From positions 1 to 64,000 of IMG/VR virus record IMGVR_UViG_3300021424_002547: DNA of 64,000 nucleotides. One strand, 5' to 3'. The position numbers and the translations under genes are program-made. Below are positions 36,947 through 46,705 of this stretch, one piece after another (position 1 is the first letter of the stretch; every line of letters starts with the position of its first letter). Source of the stretch: a virus. The notes beneath the pieces are model-generated. The model worked only from the letters and a program-made list of their open reading frames with translations, was not told where the DNA came from and did not search any database.

Positions 36947-37716
36947 AAAATATATTTTCTAGTAATACTTTAGGAGTCCAAATATTCGCTATCATAAGCA
37001 TAATCGGCACAATTATAGGAATTTACAGTCATGGATTAGACTATTTTGCTCTATTACTTATTGTTATTGGATATTTCTTATATGGATGTCTAGGAATAGT
37101 GGTCACATTCCACAGAAATCTCACCCATAATAGCTACGAGACTACTCCTATAATAAAAAATTTATTTTCACTACTGGGATGCTTCGGTAACACAGGTAGC
37201 CCATTAGCATGGACTGCTATCCATATCAATCATCATTTAAAAAGTGATAAAGTAACCGATCCTCATAGTCCTAAATACAGAGGATACAAAATATTTTCAT
37301 TATCGTATGATGCACGGGTGGATGGTAACACTAAATGGAAAATGAGAAAACTTATAACAGATAGATATCAACAATTTTTACATCGTTACTATTTTATAAT
37401 TTTATTTTTATGGAGCCTAATCCTATTCATATTAGGGGGATCATATCTGATGATATTTTTGCACTGGGCTCCTGCCTTGCTTACAGGGATCATGAGTAAT
37501 GTTGTAAACTACATAGGACATAAACCTAATTGGTTTGGAAGTTATCGTCGATATAATTTGAAAGACCAGAGCACAAACAATTGGCTATGGGCGATTCCTA
37601 GCTGGGGAGAAACATGGCACAACAATCATCATAGGCATCCTAAGAACTACAGTTGCGGTGAATCATGGTGGGAAATAGATGTATCAGCGATGATAATAAA
37701 AATAATTAAAATTTAA
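36943..37716 (+). CDS. membrane fatty acid (delta-9-type) desaturase
   Basis: HRNLTH, HINHH, GETWHNNHH. Confidence 0.92.
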   Translation: MKNIFSSNTLGVQIFAIISIIGTIIGIYSHGLDYFALLLIVIGYFLYGCLGIVVTFHRNLTHNSYETTPIIKNLFSLLGCFGNTGSPLAWTAIHINHHLKSDKVTDPHSPKYRGYKIFSLSYDARVDGNTKWKMRKLITDRYQQFLHRYYFIILFLWSLILFILGGSYLMIFLHWAPALLTGIMSNVVNYIGHKPNWFGSYRRYNLKDQSTNNWLWAIPSWGETWHNNHHRHPKNYSCGESWWEIDVSAMIIKIIKI

Positions 37717-37719
37717 TCA

Positions 37720-39243
37720 ATGGTTAATTGTGTCATACTTTATGGTAACTCAGATTTTCCTACAGGGCCTAAAGCAGCCGGTCCATTTAGAATAGCGTCA
37801 GAATTAAGAGATAACGGGTATACAGTACAGACGATAGATATAGCAATTTTTAAAAAGCTAGATAAAGACTTAAAAGATATTTTAACGAAGTTTGTAGGTG
37901 TAGAAACTTTGTGGATAGGTATAAGCGTAACATTTCTACATAAAATTTTAAGTTACCCTTTTAGTTTGCAATTAATAGATGATGAAAGATATAAATCGTT
38001 AAATTTTGAAACACTAGAAGAAGAAATACATAAACTTATTTCTTTCGTTAGATCAATAAATCCTAAAATCAAAATGATATATGGTGGAGCCAGAAATTAC
38101 CGATTAGATAAATTGGGGTTTATAAAATTTGAAAAATATGTCGATAAAGAAATTGTAGATTTTACAAACTGGTTGGCTGGAAAATCCAATAAAATAGACC
38201 TTCAATTTTATTCAAACCATATAGTCGGAAAAGAATTCGAAGGGTTTACAAAATCATCAATAAAATACACAAAATCAGATATAATTGATTCCAAAGACGT
38301 ACTTCCATTAGAACTATCCAGAGGATGTATTTTCAAATGCAAATTTTGTAGTTATCCTTTAAACGGTAAAACCAAAGGAGAATGGATTAAACAAAGCCAT
38401 GTCTTAAAAGAAGAGTTAAAAAGGAATTATAATGACTTTGGCGTCACTAATTATTCCTTTACCGATGATACATACAATGATAGTGTAGACAAACTTAAAA
38501 TTTTATATGACGAAGTTTATTCAAAACTTTCGTTTAAGATAAAATTTGCCACATACATAAGATTAGATTTATTAACAACTTTTCCAGAAACCTTAAAAAT
38601 TCTTAAAGAGTCTGGATTAAAAAGTGCAGTTTGCGGAATAGAAAGTACCAATCCAAAATCTGCTAAGTCAATTGGAAAAGGAATGGATCCAAAAAGACAA
38701 TTAGACTTTGTAAGAGAAATTAAACAGGACGTGTGGAAAGATATATTAATTTCTGGGAATTTTATAATCGGCTTGCCGCATGATACTAAAGAAACTATAG
38801 ATGATTTTGAATCATGGCTTTTAAGTTCAAGCAATCCATTAGATTATTGGTATGTTTTCCCGTTAGGAATATTTCCTTCTTATACGAAAAAATCATATTA
38901 TCAATCAGAATTTGATTTAAATTATGAAAAATATGGATATGAGATTTTAGATTCATCTAGTGAATTTTGGAAGGTATCTGGTTGGGTCAATAAAAACACA
39001 GGATTAGATTATGATTACTGCACTGCAAGATCAAAAGAGATTCGGCGTAAATCATCTTTTACGAATTGGAAATTTGGTGGTTGGCTATGGACTTTTTATC
39101 AAGAAATAGTTAATGATTATGATATAACTAATCTCTCTCAATCAGAAATAATAAAAAAATATGATCTACTATCATTTCGAAATAATAAAGTAAATGATTA
39201 CATAGATCAACTCAAGAATATCAATCACGTAATAGAAAAATAG
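37720..39243 (+). CDS. B12-binding-type radical SAM protein
   Basis: SRGCIFKCKFC, DDT.ND, GIES, FIIGLP. Confidence 0.85.
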   Translation: MVNCVILYGNSDFPTGPKAAGPFRIASELRDNGYTVQTIDIAIFKKLDKDLKDILTKFVGVETLWIGISVTFLHKILSYPFSLQLIDDERYKSLNFETLEEEIHKLISFVRSINPKIKMIYGGARNYRLDKLGFIKFEKYVDKEIVDFTNWLAGKSNKIDLQFYSNHIVGKEFEGFTKSSIKYTKSDIIDSKDVLPLELSRGCIFKCKFCSYPLNGKTKGEWIKQSHVLKEELKRNYNDFGVTNYSFTDDTYNDSVDKLKILYDEVYSKLSFKIKFATYIRLDLLTTFPETLKILKESGLKSAVCGIESTNPKSAKSIGKGMDPKRQLDFVREIKQDVWKDILISGNFIIGLPHDTKETIDDFESWLLSSSNPLDYWYVFPLGIFPSYTKKSYYQSEFDLNYEKYGYEILDSSSEFWKVSGWVNKNTGLDYDYCTARSKEIRRKSSFTNWKFGGWLWTFYQEIVNDYDITNLSQSEIIKKYDLLSFRNNKVNDYIDQLKNINHVIEK

Positions 39244-39751
39244 GATCAGGATCACATTTTACAGTGAGGCTTATTCTTGGAGAAAAATTTTCGTCCATTA
39301 TTACCTGATGAGGTGTCATTACTTTAAATACAGTTGGCATATCCAGTACAAAATTATCCACTTCAACTGCAGATTCTTGATCACATAAAATAAATGGAAG
39401 TTTATTTTTTTGTACTATTTTAACATTAGGTCTGGCTTTAAAAAATTTGGTTTGACTATGCTCACAGTTTAAAATCGGAATATTAATCCTGGTCTTATAT
39501 TCATAGGTATCAATATGAACTAGACTATCACCATTTTTTATTGTTTTATATAAATTAAATCTAACCGGAGTCAAATTTAATTTTAAGAAAAAGTATAGAG
39601 TATCTGCACAGTGATCAATAACACTCTGTTTGTTTAATGGTATAAATCCGATAGTTTTATCATTTAAAATATCAGTATGGACTTTGAGATAGGTTAAAAG
39701 CTCAGATTGAATACTTTTTATATTCTTTATATTAATTTTTTTATAATTCAT
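39221..39751 (-). CDS. 2OG-Fe(II) oxygenase/cupin-like protein
   Basis: VHID...RINIPILN...PHQV...R. Confidence 0.6.
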   Translation of the reverse strand: MNYKKINIKNIKSIQSELLTYLKVHTDILNDKTIGFIPLNKQSVIDHCADTLYFFLKLNLTPVRFNLYKTIKNGDSLVHIDTYEYKTRINIPILNCEHSQTKFFKARPNVKIVQKNKLPFILCDQESAVEVDNFVLDMPTVFKVMTPHQVIMDENFSPRISLTVKCDPDPIFLLRD

Positions 39752-40286
39752 CTAGCATGTGGACAGGGTCATTTTTAAATTCTAGTGCCATAGTTATTCT
39801 CGGAGTATTTTTTTCATTCATGATAGTGTTATGAGGTACGCTTGTCCTCATTATCCATGGACCTTTAATAACAATACTATCTCTAGCCCTGTAATTATTT
39901 CCTGGTTTGTAGCTTTTTACCCCAGAATCGGGATTTATCCATTCAACTAGATCTGATGATTCATAAAATATTGTTCTTGTATTATGTGCATTTAACAAAG
40001 GAATCAATACTTTGGCAGATGGAGGAGATATGTCTGTATGTACAGGAGAATGCTTATTATTGTACATAATAAAAATTGATGCGAAATAAGGCTCCATATT
40101 CAGTTTAGAAAATGCATCTAGTATAATCGGACAACAATTTAATAATTTATTAAAATTTAAAATATAATAACTTGCGTTATTCAATCTTCTATTATATATT
40201 TCGTCTATAGATTTAACAAAATTAAGAGATTTTTCGGTTATTTCTTCAATGTTTGGGATCTCTAAATACTTGTAATATTTGCTCAT
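39741..40286 (-). CDS. 2OG-Fe(II) oxygenase/cupin-like protein
   Basis: VHTD...IPLLN...PHN...R; paralogue of neighbour. Confidence 0.6.
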   Translation of the reverse strand: MSKYYKYLEIPNIEEITEKSLNFVKSIDEIYNRRLNNASYYILNFNKLLNCCPIILDAFSKLNMEPYFASIFIMYNNKHSPVHTDISPPSAKVLIPLLNAHNTRTIFYESSDLVEWINPDSGVKSYKPGNNYRARDSIVIKGPWIMRTSVPHNTIMNEKNTPRITMALEFKNDPVHMLDEL

Positions 40287-40324
40287 AAATATAATTTATC
40301 CTTATAATTTTAATAATATGTAAA

Positions 40325-40819
40325 ATGATAAAAATTTTAAAAAACTTAGATAAAACAGCCATTGAAGAAATTCTACGTACTTACCAGACATTAGATTCAC
40401 AAATCCAATGGCACAGTTCTGTAAACTCGAAACAAACAAGCGTACAATTCAAAAAAGGAGAAGATCATTGGGCAAGTTCTGTTGGTCGGCAAACAGGGGC
40501 AGAAACTGACTACGATCAATTAAATCCTTTTTTTAAGAATACAATTTTTGAAGATATCATAACAGAATATAATTTATATAGAAGTAGACTTATGTGGGTT
40601 TTACCTTATAGATGTTATAGTTTTCATAGAGATAGACTTCCTCGAATACATGTTCCTATCATAACTAATGAAGAATGTTATTTTTTATTTAGGACCGGGG
40701 AAATAAGGCATTTAACTGTAGATAAAATATGGCTAACTGATACCAGGCTAGCACACACATTTATTAATACTTCTGACTATGAAAGATTGCATTTTGTTGG
40801 TGTAACTGCTGATCAATAA
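40325..40819 (+). CDS. Asp/Asn beta-hydroxylase-like protein
   Basis: RSRLM...HRD..PRIH.PI.TN...HTF.N...R.H.V. Confidence 0.7.
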   Translation: MIKILKNLDKTAIEEILRTYQTLDSQIQWHSSVNSKQTSVQFKKGEDHWASSVGRQTGAETDYDQLNPFFKNTIFEDIITEYNLYRSRLMWVLPYRCYSFHRDRLPRIHVPIITNEECYFLFRTGEIRHLTVDKIWLTDTRLAHTFINTSDYERLHFVGVTADQ

Positions 40820-40820
40820 T

Positions 40821-41543
40821 CTAATCTAACGTGCTTAATATTTTATCATGCACACACTTATGGGTATGCTTCCCAGGATGACTTAAATCTCTCGCAAAAT
40901 CATTGTCTGCCCATATTTCATTTGTAAAAACTTCATTAGAATTGTAAGTCTTAAATTTAATTCGATATGAATTGCATATATTTTCAATCGCTAATATGTT
41001 CTTCTTTTGATTGAGGAAAGAATTATTATTGTTCAGCAACCACGTTTTATAAAATCCATTATTCAAATATTCCGATTTTTCGTGCCTAAAAAATAGCACA
41101 TCTTCATCATCCCAGAGTTCTAATCTAGTTGGTTCTGGACTAAGACAAATTACTATCTTTGGTAATAACTTCGCTATGTAATAATATGCAAGTCTAAATG
41201 AAGTATCATTAGAACTTGCACCCAGAGCTAGATTATAATATTTCATATTTAGGGATTTAGATAACTGATAAGCATATACTTCTTCTAATTGTAATCCGGT
41301 TCCAAATGTTAAACTACAGCCCAAAAATAATATTGAATTTCTATCGTGAGAGAACTCGTCTGATCGAAATCCTTCATTATTAAAATTATAATAAATTTTT
41401 TTTTCTAGCCAACCGTTGACCGCTAATAAATTTCTATTTTTTTGCAAATTACGAACGAATCTTTCCTTCGTATCAAATAATTCCCATTCTTGTGTGGTCC
41501 CAGAAAAAATTTTCCAAGGATGACTATTTAACGGAATTTCCAT
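40821..41543 (-). CDS. SGNH/GDSL-like protein
   Basis: GFRS.EF, LGCS.TFG, NLA..A.SND, D.SHPG. Confidence 0.6.
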   Translation of the reverse strand: MEIPLNSHPWKIFSGTTQEWELFDTKERFVRNLQKNRNLLAVNGWLEKKIYYNFNNEGFRSDEFSHDRNSILFLGCSLTFGTGLQLEEVYAYQLSKSLNMKYYNLALGASSNDTSFRLAYYYIAKLLPKIVICLSPEPTRLELWDDEDVLFFRHEKSEYLNNGFYKTWLLNNNNSFLNQKKNILAIENICNSYRIKFKTYNSNEVFTNEIWADNDFARDLSHPGKHTHKCVHDKILSTLD

Positions 41544-41582
41544 AAGCGTATTTATGGTCGAAGTTTATCAATAAATATAGTT

Positions 41583-42218
41583 ATGGACGATATTTTGTTC
41601 GCTAAAATCATTTTTCCAGATTTAAACAAAGAAAAATCTACATACGAAATTATGAAGATTGATAAATCTTATTGGTTTTGGGATCCCTATAGAGCAACCA
41701 ATATGCTTTCACTAATGACAAAAAATCCTGTCCCCGGACCATTTGGAACTAAAAATAATCTACAAGGAGAATTTCAATGGTTGGCTTATACTCCCCCAGT
41801 GATAATAGATTGGTTTGAAACATACGTTTTTCCGTGGATGGGAACTAAAACCAGAATTATGGCACTGCTTACAAACCAGAAATCTAAAAATTTAGAACAT
41901 GTAGATTGTGATAAAAATTCGATCTTCACAAAACAACATAAATTTAGAATAGTTTTAAAAGGAAAAACAGAAACACTGTATTTTAAAACTGATAAGCATG
42001 ATGTGTATGTTCCAAATATTACATCACCATTTTTAATGGACGGAAGTTGGCCTCACGGAATGAATAACTTCGACGATGATTATAAGTTGACTATAGCAGC
42101 CGGAGCTCCTTGGGTGGGTAACGATTCATACACCAACATAGAAATTTTAATGAAGAGATCAGAATTCGTTTTCCCAGAGGATTACAAAATTTATTTCAAA
42201 AAGGAATTTTCTACGTGA
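41583..42218 (+). CDS. 2OG-Fe(II)/cupin-like hypothetical protein
   Basis: EHVD...WPHGM.N. Confidence 0.5.
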   Translation: MDDILFAKIIFPDLNKEKSTYEIMKIDKSYWFWDPYRATNMLSLMTKNPVPGPFGTKNNLQGEFQWLAYTPPVIIDWFETYVFPWMGTKTRIMALLTNQKSKNLEHVDCDKNSIFTKQHKFRIVLKGKTETLYFKTDKHDVYVPNITSPFLMDGSWPHGMNNFDDDYKLTIAAGAPWVGNDSYTNIEILMKRSEFVFPEDYKIYFKKEFST

Positions 42219-42883
42219 ATGATTTTATCTTAAAAACTTATGACAATTTAACGATCCAAGATAAAGAATTTTTTTTTAATTTTTGCCGAGATGCTTCGAA
42301 AGAAACGGAAAAATCGGCGTCTGTTAATATGTGGGCTAGAAATACCTTTGTTAAACCATGGACTCTGGGATATCGATTAGAATCTACTAATGAATTTAAA
42401 GAACCGAATGGAAAATTTTATATTCTATACAATAACAACGAAGTAATTGGATGTAGCGGTATACATGTAAGCGAATTTCATCCTTTGATATTTTCGGCTG
42501 GAGTAAGGACTTGGATCAAAAAAGAGTATAGGAATCAATCTATTAACAAAAAATATTTTTTCCCAGAACAACGATCTTGGGCTATAAAGAAAGAAGCAAA
42601 AATAATATTTCTGTCATTTAATGAGTATAATAAAAATTTAATACAGGTTTTTAAAAGAAATAGATTAGGCGAAAATAAAGAAAGAGTTACAAATAGAAAT
42701 AAAAATGACCTATTCAGTAATGGACTTAAAATAATCGATTTTCCGCTGATTATTAATCAAACAAAGCAATGGATATGTTACGAAATTATAGATGAAGATT
42801 TTGATTACGATTGGACTCGACTTGCGTACTCAGATGATAGAAAAGAACAAATTTATACAAAAGATCTTTCAAAAAGATTTTAA
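42215..42883 (+). CDS. GNAT-like protein
   Basis: IGCSG...RTWI..EYR....LSFNEYN. Confidence 0.55.
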   Translation: MNDFILKTYDNLTIQDKEFFFNFCRDASKETEKSASVNMWARNTFVKPWTLGYRLESTNEFKEPNGKFYILYNNNEVIGCSGIHVSEFHPLIFSAGVRTWIKKEYRNQSINKKYFFPEQRSWAIKKEAKIIFLSFNEYNKNLIQVFKRNRLGENKERVTNRNKNDLFSNGLKIIDFPLIINQTKQWICYEIIDEDFDYDWTRLAYSDDRKEQIYTKDLSKRF

Positions 42884-42885
42884 AA

Positions 42886-44373
42886 ATGGCAGAAATAGTA
42901 TTGTTTACATGTATAGAAAGTGGAGGATTTTTCCGGAGTATCGGAGCTTATCAAATAGCTAATGCGTTAAGACAACAAGGCTATACAGTACAGGTAGTTG
43001 ATTGGTTATCTACTATTATTTCCAAAAATAATAGCATTTTCCTTAATATATTAGAAAAATATGTATCAAAAGATACCTTATGGATCGGGTTTAGCACTAC
43101 TTTTTTCTTTCATAAACCTAAAAAGAATTCAAATAAAATTAATAAAATCGATGAAACATTTAAAAACAATATTTTTGATAACAAACAAATTACCGAGATT
43201 AAAGATTACGTTTATTCAATATCTCCAAAATGTAAATTTGTTCTAGGGGGCGGCAGAGCATATATAGAAGATACTTCCGGACTAATAGATGTTTTTATTT
43301 TAGGATATGCAGATCAATCAGTAATAGAATTCACCAGATTTTGTCAAAACAAAAATCCATTTTTCCAATATAATTTATCCAAAGGAAAAATGATAATAAA
43401 CAATGATACAAAGGCAGTTAATTATGATTTTTCAAATTCCAAATTCAGTTGGCATGATTCGGATCATATAAATTTTATGGAAGCTCTGCCAATAGAAATT
43501 TCTAGGGGATGTATATTCAACTGTAGTTATTGTTCGTATCCGTTAAACGGTAAAAAGAAATTAGATTATATTAAAAATCCGGAAATATTAACAGAACTAT
43601 TTCTTTCAAATTACGAAAAATACCAGACTACAAATTATGTTTATTTAGACGATACACACAACGACAGCACTGAGAAATTAGAACTACTATTTAATAAAGT
43701 TTATTCTAAATTACCGTTTAAAATTAAATTTTGTACCTACCTTAGATTAGACTTACTGAATGCTCATCCAGAAACTATTGAATTATTGTTATCAAGTGGA
43801 TTAGTAAGTTGTTTTTTTGGCATAGAAAGTTTAAATTATGAATCTAACCGAGTTATCGGTAAAGGCATTAAACAAGATAAAATTATTTCCACTTTGCAAA
43901 AAATAAAAGACGTATGGAAAGAAGATGTTAGGACTGAGGGAGGATTCATAATAGGATTGCCAAACGATTCTGTCGAATCAGTTAAATCATGGGTGTCTAC
44001 TTTAGAAAATGAAAATTTATTACATAGTTATAGATTTCATTCTTTAGGAATTAATCAAGTTTTTAAACAGAAACCATGGTCAAGCAAATTTGATCAAGAT
44101 CCTATAAAATATGGTTACAAAATGTTACCAAACAATCATTGGATTAATAATAAAGGTATGACGTCGTTTCAAGCATGGCAAATTTATATAGAATTAGAAA
44201 AAAGGCTAGGCAATAAACTTCCATGGACTGGTATTTTTGATTTCCATAATCTAGGTGCAAATTTTGAAGAATGTTTTGTCAGTGATAGAATAGAAATGTA
44301 TAAAAAATATTATAACAATAAAATAGAACTATATAGTAGTTACTTAAGGAAACTGTTACATGAACAAATTTAA
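42886..44373 (+). CDS. B12-binding-type radical SAM protein
   Basis: SRGCIFNCSYC; paralogue of 37720. Confidence 0.85.
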   Translation: MAEIVLFTCIESGGFFRSIGAYQIANALRQQGYTVQVVDWLSTIISKNNSIFLNILEKYVSKDTLWIGFSTTFFFHKPKKNSNKINKIDETFKNNIFDNKQITEIKDYVYSISPKCKFVLGGGRAYIEDTSGLIDVFILGYADQSVIEFTRFCQNKNPFFQYNLSKGKMIINNDTKAVNYDFSNSKFSWHDSDHINFMEALPIEISRGCIFNCSYCSYPLNGKKKLDYIKNPEILTELFLSNYEKYQTTNYVYLDDTHNDSTEKLELLFNKVYSKLPFKIKFCTYLRLDLLNAHPETIELLLSSGLVSCFFGIESLNYESNRVIGKGIKQDKIISTLQKIKDVWKEDVRTEGGFIIGLPNDSVESVKSWVSTLENENLLHSYRFHSLGINQVFKQKPWSSKFDQDPIKYGYKMLPNNHWINNKGMTSFQAWQIYIELEKRLGNKLPWTGIFDFHNLGANFEECFVSDRIEMYKKYYNNKIELYSSYLRKLLHEQI

Positions 44374-44818
44374 AGAAAATCACTTGCGAACTATATCTAA
44401 GGTTATTTCTTGGAGAGTTCTTATAACAATCAGCCATATGGTTAATGCATTCATAGTAACAGGAAGTCTGCTAATGGGTGTTAAGATAGCAGGACTTGCC
44501 TTGGTAATTAACAGTGCTTTGTTCTGGATCCATGAACGTGCATGGAACATTTTTCAGTGGAATCGTCGAGAGAACGAAAAATTAAATTTCGCAGAAGGCC
44601 ATCCGAGATCTATTTCTAAAGTAGTATCTTGGAGAATTTTGATCACCGTAAGCAATTTCGTGATTCCATTTGTCATGACCGGTAGTTGGGGACAGGCTGC
44701 GCTATTTGCGGGAATGGCTACTGTAGTCAATATCATTCTATATTGGAGCCATGAAAGGATTTGGAATCGCATAAAATGGGGGAAATCTGTAGAAACAAAT
44801 ATATCATACATATCATAA
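44360..44818 (+). CDS. DUF2061-like membrane protein (tandem domain)
   Basis: Two copies of R.ISK..SWR...HER.WN. Confidence 0.75.
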   Translation: MNKFKENHLRTISKVISWRVLITISHMVNAFIVTGSLLMGVKIAGLALVINSALFWIHERAWNIFQWNRRENEKLNFAEGHPRSISKVVSWRILITVSNFVIPFVMTGSWGQAALFAGMATVVNIILYWSHERIWNRIKWGKSVETNISYIS

Positions 44819-44820
44819 AA

Positions 44821-45753
44821 ATGAATGAAATAGTTGATTATGGCATTAATTTTGGTTTTGATAATAATAAATTTTTTGTGGATTATATCTCGTGCGGGTC
44901 AGACATTGGAAATTATAGGGAAGAATTTAAAAAACGTGCAGTAGAATTATCTAAAGCAAGCAAAAAAATATTGTTAGGATTAAGTTCTGGGCTAGATAGT
45001 CAAGCAGTATTACATAGCTTTTTTGAGCAAGGCATTAAAATCGAATGTGCATTTTTATATCAACCTAAATTTAATGAAATAGAATACAATCAATTAAAAA
45101 TTGTTGCTAAAAAGTATAACATAAATCCTATTATTATAGAACTTGATCCTAATAACATTAAAGAAGAAATATTAGATCACTATAATCAAACAGGAATCCC
45201 TCCTAATCAACTGATACACAAAAAATTTCTACAACAATTACCAGAAGACTACGATTTTGTTCAAGGAGTACACGGTCCTGACATTTTTTATAGGAACAAT
45301 ACTTGGTATTCCCTAGATTGTGCAGATTCTATGGAAATTTCTAGGCTGAGAGGGTTCGGTATGCTGGAAAGGAAAGGAAAAATAATATGTTGGGAAAGGA
45401 CTGGTTCTATATTATTAAGTATTTTAACAGATCATATTACTACATCATTTATGTATTCGTATAACTATATCGCCAGTAACCATCTAAAAACTACAGGAAA
45501 AGAAATTAACTTTATGAAAGATCACTGGGATATCTACATCAAACCCTTTCTATATGGAAAATATTGGAAAAATGAGTTAGAATATTTTCCTAAATATCAA
45601 GGGTGTGAAGGTATTGATTATGTCATAGACGGACCAAAACACAATTATAGGAAAAATCGTGTAGTTATAAAATACGATGCATTAATAAAACATCTTAAAA
45701 ATCCTAAAGGAACAATTAAAAGAATTTATGAGTTTGAAGAAAATAAAAAATAA
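44821..45753 (+). CDS. PP-loop family protein, paralogue 5 (short type)
   Basis: LSSGLDSQ; KYQGCE near C-terminus. Confidence 0.65.
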   Translation: MNEIVDYGINFGFDNNKFFVDYISCGSDIGNYREEFKKRAVELSKASKKILLGLSSGLDSQAVLHSFFEQGIKIECAFLYQPKFNEIEYNQLKIVAKKYNINPIIIELDPNNIKEEILDHYNQTGIPPNQLIHKKFLQQLPEDYDFVQGVHGPDIFYRNNTWYSLDCADSMEISRLRGFGMLERKGKIICWERTGSILLSILTDHITTSFMYSYNYIASNHLKTTGKEINFMKDHWDIYIKPFLYGKYWKNELEYFPKYQGCEGIDYVIDGPKHNYRKNRVVIKYDALIKHLKNPKGTIKRIYEFEENKK

Positions 45754-45798
45754 CAATTTTCCATTGATTTTTAACTTGACTGAATATAAACTAAAAAC

Positions 45799-45910
45799 GT
45801 GGTCGTGAGCAAATTGGCAAAGCTCCCGCTGGACCCATAGTCCAGAATGGGGACGGGACGATGAGTATAACTCGCAGTCTTTGTAGGTTCGAAACCTACC
45901 GGCCGCACCA
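45799..45910 (+). ncRNA. tRNA-like RNA with anticodon arm replaced by a branched/pseudoknot insert
   Basis: Acceptor GTGGTCG/CGGCCGC-ACCA, D arm AGC/GCT, T arm GTAGG-TTCGAAA-CCTAC; no 7-nt anticodon loop. Confidence 0.7.
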
Positions 45911-45951
45911 TAACATAACATAAGTAAAATACATTTTATAAGGAAAACAAA

Positions 45952-46146
45952 ATGTCAAACACAGTAGAACAATTAAAAACACAATTCGACGCATTCCTGG
46001 CAGAAGATGCTAAATTTACAGCAGGCAATGGATCTGCCGGCACCCGTGCTCGCAAAGCACTGCAAGAAGTGGCCAAACTGGTCAAGGCCCGCCGTAATGA
46101 AATTACAGCAGAGAAGAATGCTCGCAAGGAAGCCAAGGCCGGGTAA
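45952..46146 (+). CDS. Hc1/histone H1-like small basic protein
   Basis: KF..GN.SAGTRARKAL.E..KL.K..R..I. Confidence 0.75.
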   Translation: MSNTVEQLKTQFDAFLAEDAKFTAGNGSAGTRARKALQEVAKLVKARRNEITAEKNARKEAKAG

Positions 46147-46694
46147 TGGACTACGATGCATTTTCTAGCGGTCAGGTCGTAAGCAAACTATGGTTAGCCC
46201 AAGAACTAGAACCGATCGCTAGAGTGCATGCTAATCCAGCCAGGATAGTTTTAGTAGGCGGTTGGTACGGAGTTTTTAATTTCATATTAAGGGTGAGATC
46301 AAATATGTCTATAGAATCTGTCAGAAGCATCGATATCGATGCAGACGCCTGTTCCGTAGCAGATAAGATTAACGATACTTGGGTCTGGCAAAATTGGAAA
46401 TTCAAATCTATTAATTCTGATGCCAACGACCACGATTATTCTAACAGTAACCTAGTCATAAACACCAGCGTAGAACACATAGACACGCATCGATGGTTTG
46501 ATAATATACCAAACGGGTGTTTGGTAGCATTACAAAGCAATGACATGGATCACGAAGATCATTGTCATAATCACGGATCGCTAGATGATTTCAAGGGCGA
46601 TTTTTCGTTATCGGAAGTTTTTTATTCTGGCATCAAGCATTTTGGGTATCCAGATTGGGGATTCAATAGATTCATGATCATAGGAAAAAAATAA
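46146..46694 (+). CDS. class I SAM methyltransferase-like protein
   Basis: AFS.GQ..SK.WL, GGWYG, SIDID, NTS.EH. Confidence 0.65.
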   Translation: MDYDAFSSGQVVSKLWLAQELEPIARVHANPARIVLVGGWYGVFNFILRVRSNMSIESVRSIDIDADACSVADKINDTWVWQNWKFKSINSDANDHDYSNSNLVINTSVEHIDTHRWFDNIPNGCLVALQSNDMDHEDHCHNHGSLDDFKGDFSLSEVFYSGIKHFGYPDWGFNRFMIIGKK

Positions 46695-46705
46695 AGGACG
46701 ATTTT

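Noticed and set aside
14745-45753. Lasso peptide or other RiPP cluster
   Set aside because: No recognisable precursor peptide, leader peptidase or RRE protein seen. Very short precursors cannot be fully excluded.
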